Source: Cyanobacteria bacterium P01_A01_bin.123
GTDB taxonomy: Bacteria; Cyanobacteriota; Cyanobacteriia; Phormidesmidales; Phormidesmidaceae
Direction: 5' to 3'
DNA: 64,000 nucleotides
Assembly (NCBI GenBank): GCA_039815185.1
Contig: JBCBZT010000010.1
Location: 64,001-128,000 of the forward strand
In this document: positions 29,979-39,027 of the stretch, piece by piece
How positions within the stretch are numbered: the first letter of the stretch is position 1
How the letters are laid out: every line of letters starts with the position of its first letter
Notes under the pieces: generated by a model
The model's input: the letters and a program-made list of their open reading frames with translations, nothing else
What the model was told of the DNA's origin: nothing
Databases searched by the model: none
Program-made: the position numbers and the translations under genes

Positions 29979-30100
29979 GACCTACTGGGTTCAATACGTC
30001 CGAAGGAGGAGGTCTAACCACACCCAATTTGCAAACTAGAATAGGGACACAAGGCTTGGCCCCTACCAGGGGAAATTGTGTGTTTGGATGTCGCCAACGT

Positions 30101-30895
30101 TCATTTTATGCCAGGAAAGTGATCAATCTGAGCGTAGCCGCTAAAAATCAGCTTTGATCCTTTGGTTTCCAAACGATTGACCCGCATCATCACCCCATCC
30201 AGGTTGAAGCGGTCTAAATCCACCATATTGTTGAGAACTCGAATAAACCCCTGGGTCAGAATCTTGGACAGCCCTTGGACGTCGCTAGGCACACCGTCAG
30301 GATCAAACTCAGCATCGGCAAACACAATCCGTCGCCGTTTCTCAACAGACAGCGTCGCCTTGAGGCTCACAGGTACGGCTTTACGATTGGGTAAATCAGT
30401 TTGGGCCACTAGCCGAATCTGCTGGTCAGGCAGCAAGTTCACGGTGACGTCTCGAAAATCTAAGGGTTCGCCCCCTGATAAATCAGTCAGGGCTTCGTCA
30501 TCAACCTGGGTCGTGTGCTTTTGCACCAAGTCAGCGGTAAACGCTTCGTTGATGGCTTGTTCAGTGAGGACGACTTGAGCGATCGCTTGGGTTGGTTGCC
30601 GCAACCGAATTTTGCCACTCAAAATTGCCCCAAAGTCGATCGCCACGGAATCAGTTTCAAAGGACATTTCCTCAGCCCGAAACTGGCGACGAATTACCAG
30701 GTCAGCGCCTTGCATTTTGAAGCTATCGATGGTTCCCTGAAGCAACTTGCTCGAAGGGGAACATCGAATCTCGACCTCTACCCGATCACTCTCGGTAAAC
30801 AGATGCCGGATAGATTGGCTGACAACGGAATTGAGCATCCGTTCGCCGAAGTCTCCGTTGGAGGACTGCTTGAAGCCGGTCAAACCGCCAATCAT
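30101..30895 (-). CDS. DUF2993 / LmeA-like protein
   Basis: SSKLLQG.IDSFKM.G..LVIR, F.TDSVAIDF and L.NMVDLDRF.LDG. Confidence 0.75.
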   Translation of the reverse strand: MIGGLTGFKQSSNGDFGERMLNSVVSQSIRHLFTESDRVEVEIRCSPSSKLLQGTIDSFKMQGADLVIRRQFRAEEMSFETDSVAIDFGAILSGKIRLRQPTQAIAQVVLTEQAINEAFTADLVQKHTTQVDDEALTDLSGGEPLDFRDVTVNLLPDQQIRLVAQTDLPNRKAVPVSLKATLSVEKRRRIVFADAEFDPDGVPSDVQGLSKILTQGFIRVLNNMVDLDRFNLDGVMMRVNRLETKGSKLIFSGYAQIDHFPGIK

Positions 30896-31042
30896 AGGCT
30901 GGTATGCATCCTAAGTTCACCACCTATAGTTGTAACAAAATGTGAAGTATTTCGACAAAGATTATTTTTCAAAAGTGCTGCCAAAAGGGTAACTGATACA
31001 CCTTTACTGCAGCCGGGATCATTCTCCCATAAGGCTTATAGC

Positions 31043-31897
31043 CTATCGAGTAGTGAGATGATAATTCACAACTTTTTTCGGTAAAAACTGTTTCTGACGC
31101 AGGAGTTCGCTCAAATTGAGGGTGGCTTCTAGCAAGCAGGCGTGGCCACTGGCTGGTAAACCCAGGATTTCAGCTGGGGAGATTCGCTGCTGTAGATGGT
31201 GGGCCTCTGCCCAGGAGGGCAACAAGCGATCGCGTCTGCTGGCAACTAGCAGCGTTGGTATCTGCATCTGCTCCAAAGGGAATGGGTCAGTATTGAATGC
31301 CATTAACAATCGGATACGCCAACTGGCACTCGTGGGGGGCACAGACTGCATTGCCATGAGCAAGTCCTGCCGATTGGGCCCATCAACTCGATCAACATTT
31401 GCCAAAAAAGGTAGCAATCCATGGGCAGATAGATGAAATAGGGAAACCGGCAGCGATCGCACCACCCCAACCCCCCAACCCAACCAAAACCGTTGGCGAA
31501 ACGAAGACGCAGGATTCACCAAAATCAACCGATCGACTAAGTGGGGATAATAGGCTGCAAGCTGCAGGGCTAAACAGCCACCAAAGGACTCACCACAGAG
31601 GTATACCGGGCGCTCCACTGCTGGAGAGGCTGTGCTAGCTCGACAGTGCTGCTGAATCAACTGGGCCAAAGTCTCAGTCAACGCCGCCCAAGATAATTCA
31701 CTGTCTGGCGATATTGCCAACGACCGGACATCAAAATACCGTTGGAGATTTGGCAATTGGTGACGAATCAGTTGCCCCGTACCATCCATCCCAGGCAAGA
31801 AGATAAAGTGAGGCGCTGTCGGTTGAGCCGTTCCAGGGGTGAAGAGGCGCAGGGGAGGTGAACCTATTGGCATAAGTCTTTGTTGAACAGCCAGCAT
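31043..31897 (-). CDS. Alpha/beta hydrolase
   Basis: FLPGMDGTG, GESFGG nucleophile elbow, DRLLPS and SGHACLLE. Confidence 0.9.
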   Translation of the reverse strand: MLAVQQRLMPIGSPPLRLFTPGTAQPTAPHFIFLPGMDGTGQLIRHQLPNLQRYFDVRSLAISPDSELSWAALTETLAQLIQQHCRASTASPAVERPVYLCGESFGGCLALQLAAYYPHLVDRLILVNPASSFRQRFWLGWGVGVVRSLPVSLFHLSAHGLLPFLANVDRVDGPNRQDLLMAMQSVPPTSASWRIRLLMAFNTDPFPLEQMQIPTLLVASRRDRLLPSWAEAHHLQQRISPAEILGLPASGHACLLEATLNLSELLRQKQFLPKKVVNYHLTTR

Positions 31898-32777
31898 TTT
31901 CTACTTTAGCCTCCTCAGTTCCTTGGCTCTGAACTCGATCCGCGAGATCAATGACACGATATGCGACAAATCAGCTGCCATTTGATCGGCTGCCATTTGA
32001 TCTGGAGGCTGGGCGACTTTTATTAAGAAATGGTTATTTTTACTTGCGAAATGTCTAAACCTATTGGGAATGAATAACTTGAGCCTTCCAAATTTACCGA
32101 GACCTGTTTTTTTGGGTAGATGAAGCTTAAAGATAGTCTTAAGCTAAAGCTCAACTTTCCTCAGAGAAGCTGAAGATTAGATTCATTTCTGCAAGGCTAC
32201 GGCATAATTAAATATGCTAAGGCAACTGTAATTTACCTGAAAAGTAGACTAGGCTTTTGACCTATGGATTTAATATCTGTTTATTCAGCGTTGTTCTGAT
32301 GAATTTGACACGATTGTCTGCGGGTTGATTGCGTTCGCTTTTGAAACTTACGGGTATGATTTAGCCGCGCTAGCCCTAGTCAGCTAATTCTTTGGGGGAT
32401 TAGGGCAGGTTTTTGCCTGTACCTCCCTATCTCAAAATGCAGTTTATCGGATCGTTTAGACTGTTGCGTAAGTTGAGTTCTTGAATCTAAGATTTGGTAC
32501 ATTTGGCTAAAACTTGGCACATTTGGGTTGAGGTCAATATTCCCTAAGCCCATGGCTGGCTTCTGTTTTAGTTTTTTTCTTTGCAGGCTAGATAGTCGGC
32601 ATGACGGAAATTTTTAAGTCAGTATCCCAATTCTGAAAATCTTAGATGTCTTTGACAGCTCTAGATGGATTCATATCAACGGAACACTTTTTTTAGCAAG
32701 CTTTGGGGATTGGATAGTCTGAAGCCCTTCTCCCCTTGCCGTAAATCTTCTATAAATGATTGGAACTTAACAACATC

Positions 32778-33404
32778 ATGTTAGATCATCAGAGTTTAGG
32801 CCAGGATACGATATTCACCCCTGAGCAAGTGCTTGAAAATCGGGGGCGAGTAGCCATTTTTATTGACGGCTCAAACCTTTTTTACGCCGCTTTACAGTTG
32901 GGCATTGAAATTGATTACACCAAGCTGCTTTGTCGCCTAACGGCAGGATCAAGGTTGTTGCGCTCGTTCTTCTATACCGGCGTGGATCGCACCAATGAAA
33001 AACAGCAGGGGTTTTTGCTATGGATGCGTCGCAATGGCTACCGGGTGATTTCCAAAGATTTAGTTCAGCTTCCTGATGGCTCTAAGAAGGCCAATTTGGA
33101 CGTGGAGATTGCCGTTGACATGATGGCACTGATTGGATCTTACGACACGGCAGTGCTGGTAAGCGGCGATGGCGATTTGGCTTATGCTGTAGATGCGGCT
33201 AGTTATCGAGGCGTACGAGTGGAAGTTGTGAGCCTCCGATCGATGACCAGCGACAGCCTGATTAATGTTTCCGATCGCTACATTGATCTCGATATGATCA
33301 AGGACGATATCAGAAAGACGTCCCGGGGCAATGGCAACCACAGCTATACTTATCGGCCCTTGTCGAGTGTGGGCGTTGTCGAAGACCCTGTCGTTGAAGA
33401 GTGA
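32778..33404 (+). CDS. NYN-domain (LabA/DUF88) protein
   Basis: AIFIDGSNLFY, KANLDVEIAVDM and LVSGDGD. Confidence 0.92.
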   Translation: MLDHQSLGQDTIFTPEQVLENRGRVAIFIDGSNLFYAALQLGIEIDYTKLLCRLTAGSRLLRSFFYTGVDRTNEKQQGFLLWMRRNGYRVISKDLVQLPDGSKKANLDVEIAVDMMALIGSYDTAVLVSGDGDLAYAVDAASYRGVRVEVVSLRSMTSDSLINVSDRYIDLDMIKDDIRKTSRGNGNHSYTYRPLSSVGVVEDPVVEE

Positions 33405-33482
33405 GTTCGTCCCACGAGTCAACCTAAGCCGTTAGGATCTTAGAGTCATAGCGGGCAAGGGTGACACGTTAGGGCAACATCA

Positions 33483-34634
33483 ATGAAAAAAGCAGTGCGT
33501 TGGTTAGGGATGGTGTTGGCGATCGCAGTGGTGATCGGCACACTGAGGGCTTGTGGATTATTGACCCGTCCCTTCGAGACACCCATCGCAGACTCTGATG
33601 GGGAAGAAGGCAGAGCCCCAGGCTTGACTCTGAAGGACGTCACCCTGGAACAACCTGGTGAAGACGGGGAATTGCGTTGGAAAGTTCACGCCGACGAGGT
33701 GATTTACAGCCCCGATCAGCAAACCGCTGAAATTGTTAATCCCGATGGGGAACTCTTCCAGGACGGAAAAGTAATTTACCGGGTGCGTGCAGACCGGGGA
33801 GAAATTCAGCAAGATGGGGAGACGATTTTTCTGAAGGATAACATTGTGGCTACTGGCGTTGAAAACGATCTAGTGCTGCGCGGGCGAGAACTGGAGTGGC
33901 GGCCCGAAGATGATTTGCTGCTGATACGCAATCAGATTAGGGGTATCCACCCGCAACTTAACGCCTCAGCCCAAGAAGCTCGGGTCTACAATCGCGATCG
34001 CCGCCTAGAGCTTGAGAAAGATGTGGTTGCCACCACCAATGAAGCCCCTTATTTGCGGCTTGAAGCTGAGACATTAACCTGGTTTATCGAAGCTGAAAAA
34101 GTTGAAAGCGATCGTCCCCTCAAAGTTGAGCAGCTCAAAGGGGAAGTCGGGGATTTACAAGTCAGCGATCGGATTAAAGGGGATCAGGGGGAAGTGAATC
34201 TGGCCGAGAACATTGTCCAGCTAACCCAGGCGGTTGAGGTTGAACTGCTTGAACAACCGCTGAAGATTCTGAGTGACATCGCTATCTGGAATGTTGTCGC
34301 CGAAACCATTTTAGTGCCAGGGGCCGTACGCGTCATTCAGCCTGAACAAGCTGTTGAAGTGACAGCCAATCGGGGAGAAATGAATATTGCCGACTCCATC
34401 GTCTATCTGAGTCAAGGGGTTGAAGCCATCGGGGAAGAAAATCAGTCCCAACTTAAAGCCAGTCGCGTCACTTGGAACTTAGAGTCTGAGGAGATTTTGG
34501 CTGAAGGGAACGTCAACTATCAACAAAGTGATCCCCCTGTGACGATTAACGGTCCTCGAGCCGTGGGGCGCATCGAAGCTCAAACCGTAGTCATTAGTGG
34601 CGGCAATGTTGTGACTGAAATCACGCCACAATAG
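33483..34634 (+). CDS. lptC: LPS export protein LptC (cyanobacterial long form)
   Basis: N-terminal TM anchor, LTLKDVTLEQ...G...W, repeated beta-jellyroll segments, and position after the NYN gene. Confidence 0.8.
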   Translation: MKKAVRWLGMVLAIAVVIGTLRACGLLTRPFETPIADSDGEEGRAPGLTLKDVTLEQPGEDGELRWKVHADEVIYSPDQQTAEIVNPDGELFQDGKVIYRVRADRGEIQQDGETIFLKDNIVATGVENDLVLRGRELEWRPEDDLLLIRNQIRGIHPQLNASAQEARVYNRDRRLELEKDVVATTNEAPYLRLEAETLTWFIEAEKVESDRPLKVEQLKGEVGDLQVSDRIKGDQGEVNLAENIVQLTQAVEVELLEQPLKILSDIAIWNVVAETILVPGAVRVIQPEQAVEVTANRGEMNIADSIVYLSQGVEAIGEENQSQLKASRVTWNLESEEILAEGNVNYQQSDPPVTINGPRAVGRIEAQTVVISGGNVVTEITPQ

Positions 34635-34656
34635 GATGTTGGGATTTGCTTAAACC

Positions 34657-34695
34657 CAAAGCAGGAGACGTTGATCATCAACGTCTCCTGCTTTG
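34657..34695. terminator. Perfect 19-bp inverted repeat between convergent genes (probable bidirectional terminator)
   Basis: CAAAGCAGGAGACGTTGAT-C-ATCAACGTCTCCTGCTTTG. Confidence 0.7.
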
Positions 34696-34831
34696 ATTAC
34701 TGATAAACAGTCGCCATATCAGCTACGGCCTTCCGTAGACTGGCTACCCTATCGCTTGCTCAAGCTCCTGCCTAAAAGACAGTTCGAGAAGGTTTTGATA
34801 CAGTTGGCGATCGCTACAGTCAGGCTCAAAT

Positions 34832-35197
34832 CTATCGCTTGATATCCCGAGCCATATTGCGGAACATATCCATACTGTTGTCAGCTTTACGACGTTGAGT
34901 AGTTTTGGACTCAAAGCTACTCGTGCTGGCTTGAGGTGTGGATTGGTCAACCTGGGTTGACTTCATCACGGGCAAACCGTTTTCTTGAACCTCAGCCGCA
35001 CCCATAGCAGAAACCTGTCGTACACTCTCTAGCTCCTCTGCCCCCTTCTTCTTGGCAAAGGTGCGCTTAACAGTTTTGGCCGACCGCATATAGTTGATGT
35101 CACCAAACGTTTTCGCGTCATCAGGATTAAGGTAGTACGCTCCGCGCTCTTCGGAATCTCCCTTACTGCCCCCAAAAAGCCCAAAGAATCCAGCCAT
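34832..35197 (-). CDS. Conserved hypothetical cyanobacterial protein
   Basis: MAGFFGLFG, Y.L.PDDAKTFG.I.YMR and RR..D.SMDMFRNMARDI; AGGAG RBS. Confidence 0.8.
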   Translation of the reverse strand: MAGFFGLFGGSKGDSEERGAYYLNPDDAKTFGDINYMRSAKTVKRTFAKKKGAEELESVRQVSAMGAAEVQENGLPVMKSTQVDQSTPQASTSSFESKTTQRRKADNSMDMFRNMARDIKR

Positions 35198-35227
35198 CAA
35201 ACTTCTCCTACTGTCTAAAGAACCGCT

Positions 35228-35323
35228 TTGTTACTCAATGTTAACTTTTTTAAGAAAAAAAATCATCAAAAATTGGTCTTGTTAATCAATGTTAACTTTC
35301 TAAGAAAACACGCCAAGAATTGG
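35228..35323. repeat. Imperfect tandem duplication (about 50 bp) upstream of the 35197 gene
   Basis: TTGTTACTCAATGTTAACTTTTTTAAGAAAA at 35228 and TTGTTAATCAATGTTAACTTTCTAAGAAAA at 35279, each followed by ..AATTGG. Confidence 0.8.
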
Positions 35324-35454
35324 CGGAGTCACGACCCCATTTTCTCAGGAATGTCGCGATCGCGACATTTTTTCATGCAATTATGAGTGTGCTGCTGTTT
35401 CAACAATACGTCTCAAGATATCCAATGCTTTAGCAGTGTGACCCCAGCTATTAC

Positions 35455-35730
35455 CTATTTTTTGTACTGCATTGACGTCACGGGTTCACCCTTGAGCAGA
35501 TGACGCTCAACAATGATCGGCACTGCTTTGATTTGCAGGTGGCTGTACCAAACCACGTCAGACACAAGCACTACAGCCATTGGCCCATTGCCACATTCAC
35601 CCAAACACCCCACACCTTTGACAGTAATGTGAGTCGGAGTCAACCGCTGAAATTCCCTTAGTACTAACTGGGCTCCCGACTTGCGGCAGGTCGTATTTTG
35701 GCAAATCAAAACCCGTTGTTCAATGGGCAT
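35455..35730 (-). CDS. Thioredoxin-like [2Fe-2S] ferredoxin
   Basis: CQNTTC...GCLGECGNGP...WY...IVERHL.KG.PV. Confidence 0.88.
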   Translation of the reverse strand: MPIEQRVLICQNTTCRKSGAQLVLREFQRLTPTHITVKGVGCLGECGNGPMAVVLVSDVVWYSHLQIKAVPIIVERHLLKGEPVTSMQYKK

Positions 35731-36307
35731 GGGTGTCTCCAGAGCACTGAGGCATGGGATTCACCAAGCTAGTGAGGATATGGTCTTCCCATTGCCCATT
35801 AATGCACACATAGTCACGAGCCACCCCTTCTATTTGAAAGCCTAGACGCTTGAGTAAGTTGCCGCTGCGGTGATTGCGGGGCATGTAGGCAGCCATAATC
35901 CGATGTAGGTTCAAGTCTTCAAAGCCATAGCGCATCAGTGCTACGAGGGCTTCTCCCATGTATCCCTGACCTTGCTTAGTTGCTGCCAGACTATAGCCCA
36001 GGGAGCAGGCTTGGAAAACGCCATGCACAATATTATTCAAATTAAGTGCCCCAATAATCACCTTGGGGTGCTGCTTTTCAAATAAGAATAACCGCAGTGA
36101 TCGTCCCTGGGCAAAATCATCCACACGGGCCTGCACTTCCTGCTGCCAATAAGCTGCCGTGTAGAAATTTGCGGGACGGCTAGGTTCGTAGGGGGTTAAA
36201 TGGGCCTGATTCATCCGGTAGTAGTTCAAAATCGCTAGAACATCCTGGTGATTTGCCAGACGACTTAACGTACGCGCAGTTTCCAATTGAGGCAGTTGTG
36301 GATTCAT
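35720..36307 (-). CDS. RimJ/RimL-family GNAT N-acetyltransferase
   Basis: LGYSL....QGQGYM.EA, LHRIMA.YMPRN.RS..LLKRLGF..EG and INGQWEDH. Confidence 0.9.
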   Translation of the reverse strand: MNPQLPQLETARTLSRLANHQDVLAILNYYRMNQAHLTPYEPSRPANFYTAAYWQQEVQARVDDFAQGRSLRLFLFEKQHPKVIIGALNLNNIVHGVFQACSLGYSLAATKQGQGYMGEALVALMRYGFEDLNLHRIMAAYMPRNHRSGNLLKRLGFQIEGVARDYVCINGQWEDHILTSLVNPMPQCSGDTHAH

Positions 36308-36314
36308 ATCAACA

Positions 36315-37847
36315 CTACTTAACGCTCACGAACCTTTCTTGAGCCACTGTTCTCAAGTGCTGAATATCTTCCCGACGGGAGACCGATAGGGGAACCGTTG
36401 CTTTAACTTCTTGCACAACTATAGCGGTGTCCATCGGTTTGCGTTCGTAGATGGCCCGGTACAGAGCGCTGATCACGGCCTGCTCAATTTCTGCCCCGCT
36501 AAAGCCTTCCGTCGCCTGTACCAAAGCAGTCAGATCAAATCGGTTGGGGGCTTGTTTGCGACGGGTCAAATGAATTTTGAGAATTGTTTCGCGCTCTTTA
36601 GGATTGGGTAAATCGACAAAAAAGATTTCATCAAAGCGCCCCTTCCTCAGCAGTTCCGGAGGAATTTGGGACAAATCATTGGCGGTGGCCACCACAAAGA
36701 TTTCCTGAGATTTCTCTTGTAGCCAGGTTAAGAAGTAGCCAAACAAGCGACGGCTCAGGCCACCATCAGCATCGCCGCTAGTTACGCCCATGGCTTTTTC
36801 GATTTCGTCAATCCACAGAACTGTGGGAGCCATCGTTTCTGCTAAGGTCACGGCACGACGAAAGTTACGTTCTGACTCCCCGACATACTTATCATAGAGT
36901 CGCCCAGCATCGAGCTTGAGCAAAGGGATTTTCCATTCGCGAGCAATAGTTTTGGCCGCCAAAGATTTGCCGCAGCCCTGAATTCCTACGATTAAAATGC
37001 CCTTGGGTGGCGCTAAGTTGAAGGCTTGGGCCTGGGGCGTGAAGCCGACTCTGGCTCGAGCCAGCCACTGCTTAAGGCCCGTAAACCCTCCGAGTTGGGC
37101 TGTATTGCTTTCCACGGGGAGGTAATCCAGCAAGCCTTCTTCGCGAAGCACCTTAGCTTTGCGTTGTAGGACTCGACTGATGTCGCTGGCAGTAAGTTTG
37201 CCGTCGTCGAGGGCAGCATAAGCGATCACTTTTTTGGCCTGTTTTAGAGTCATACCCTGGAGGGCTTTGACCATGGCCTGCATTTCTGCAGGTTGTAGTT
37301 CGACTTGAGCCCGGCCCTGCAGCGATCGCGTGACATCCTTAATGGCTTGGCCCAGTTCATCCGCTTGGGGTAGTTTGAGATCAAAATAGACCACATCATG
37401 GGCAACGTCATTGGGCAGTTTGAGGCCCTCCCCGGTAATCACCATCACCGAGGTGTTCAGGGAAAATTGGTTGGCTACTTCGCGAAACTGACGAACCACC
37501 ACCGGATCATCAAAATGTTTGGCTAAATCCTTGAGCCAGTAGATTGCCTTAATCGGCAAATCCTGAATATGCCGCAGCATATCCAAGGGTTCTTCAGTGT
37601 TTTCCACCGCCTGGGGGCGATGACTGCCTGGGGGGGCATATTCGCCGCCCCAACGAGAATAGGAACTGCTTGACGATCGCACTAGCCCTTGGGCCACACT
37701 CCATTCAAACATAGCCATTTGCATTTCATTAGCGGCTTCGCCAACTAGCCCTTGGGCTCGCTCTTCTTCTAAGGTTTCAATCACAATAACTGGATGCAGC
37801 GAGAGCACCAGGGTTTGGAAATGGCGGGTTGTAGTTTGAAAAGACAT
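36315..37847 (-). CDS. Ycf46-like AAA+ ATPase
   Basis: Walker A GIQGCGKS, Walker B LWIDEIEK and [24 protein letters not shown] 37847 chosen. Confidence 0.9.
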   Translation of the reverse strand: MSFQTTTRHFQTLVLSLHPVIVIETLEEERAQGLVGEAANEMQMAMFEWSVAQGLVRSSSSSYSRWGGEYAPPGSHRPQAVENTEEPLDMLRHIQDLPIKAIYWLKDLAKHFDDPVVVRQFREVANQFSLNTSVMVITGEGLKLPNDVAHDVVYFDLKLPQADELGQAIKDVTRSLQGRAQVELQPAEMQAMVKALQGMTLKQAKKVIAYAALDDGKLTASDISRVLQRKAKVLREEGLLDYLPVESNTAQLGGFTGLKQWLARARVGFTPQAQAFNLAPPKGILIVGIQGCGKSLAAKTIAREWKIPLLKLDAGRLYDKYVGESERNFRRAVTLAETMAPTVLWIDEIEKAMGVTSGDADGGLSRRLFGYFLTWLQEKSQEIFVVATANDLSQIPPELLRKGRFDEIFFVDLPNPKERETILKIHLTRRKQAPNRFDLTALVQATEGFSGAEIEQAVISALYRAIYERKPMDTAIVVQEVKATVPLSVSRREDIQHLRTVAQERFVSVK

Positions 37848-37978
37848 GGGCCAAGCGAATTGTTCAGTTATAGAACATGGCATAAACCAAATACAGCTCG
37901 GGAGATGGAGTTTCCCTAAAGACAAAACGCCAGATCTACACTTGGACAAGGTTTAGCCTTTAATAGTATTCCCACCCA

Positions 37979-38770
37979 TTACCGCAAAGGCCACCAGGAC
38001 ACCTTGTCACGGGTGGCACCGTACACTTCTTTAAGTCCTTCAGGATTCACGACATGGATCAAATCACCTACCTCTGTAGCTTTGTCCGCTTTGAGTAATC
38101 CCACTTGTTTCATCCCTTTCAAGACCTGCTCTACGGTGCGGTGGTTTAGTTGGCAAGCATGGGTGATGATGTCGATTGGCAAGTCAAATATAAAGGTTTC
38201 ATCAGCCAGGGGCTGCATACCCAGGGATCGTTCTTGGTAAATCAAGGCTCGCAGCAAAGTCGCGACAGCCTGGGGTGGGTAGGTGCTGCAGTTGAGTAAG
38301 TGATAGTGAAACTTTTCACGCAGTTCAAACAATAGCCCCCAACGTTGTCGAAAGATGGCTTGGTTGGCACAGAGTTTTTCTACCGCGTCGCTGGGAATCT
38401 TAATCACATCCGTAGTTTTATAGGCTTCAACCAAACTAGGAAAAGCACGGCTGATCTGTCCAAAGCCAAAAGGTAAGTTGCGCATCCCAAAGCAGCCACC
38501 TGGGTAGGTCATCGTAATAATCCGATCGAGTGGCGTGCTACGGGTGATTACAGGGCCACCCGAAACAACAGCGTAGAGGTAGTCTAGGGATTGATTGGGC
38601 CGAAAAGCCGTGTAAATCGGTCGGCTGGAATAGAGCTTTTCTTGCACCAACTGCTCTGGGGACAGATAGACACTTAATTCGTTAATGTCTAAGTGCCTAA
38701 ACAGGAAATTTCCCTGAACCAATTGAACAATTGGTTCAAGGCTTTCAGACTGCTTGGCCAGATTGGCCAT
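37979..38770 (-). CDS. Atypical Crp/Fnr-like protein (cNMP-fold plus HTH-like C-terminus)
   Basis: LF..L, V.SG and PG.CFG cyclic-nucleotide-fold pattern; C-terminal I..ACQLN.RTVEQVLKGM..VGLL. Confidence 0.65.
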   Translation of the reverse strand: MANLAKQSESLEPIVQLVQGNFLFRHLDINELSVYLSPEQLVQEKLYSSRPIYTAFRPNQSLDYLYAVVSGGPVITRSTPLDRIITMTYPGGCFGMRNLPFGFGQISRAFPSLVEAYKTTDVIKIPSDAVEKLCANQAIFRQRWGLLFELREKFHYHLLNCSTYPPQAVATLLRALIYQERSLGMQPLADETFIFDLPIDIITHACQLNHRTVEQVLKGMKQVGLLKADKATEVGDLIHVVNPEGLKEVYGATRDKVSWWPLR

Positions 38771-39027
38771 GCGGAAACTCCTGCAACTCGGAACAATTTA
38801 TTCTGACATGCCGACTATATAGAGTACGTGAAGTCTGAGCGAATCAGAAATGAATTGAAATAAGTATGGAATACAATTTTGATTAATTCGAGCTTCAAAG
38901 CAGATTAGCATTTGATTCGGTTAGGTTCTATACCAACTTGCTTTAGGGTTGCATGAAACAATTCGTGGTTTAGCAGGGCTCTAGTCGATCCAATCTATTC
39001 GTTTTGGCGTTAGTCAAAGGAAATCTT

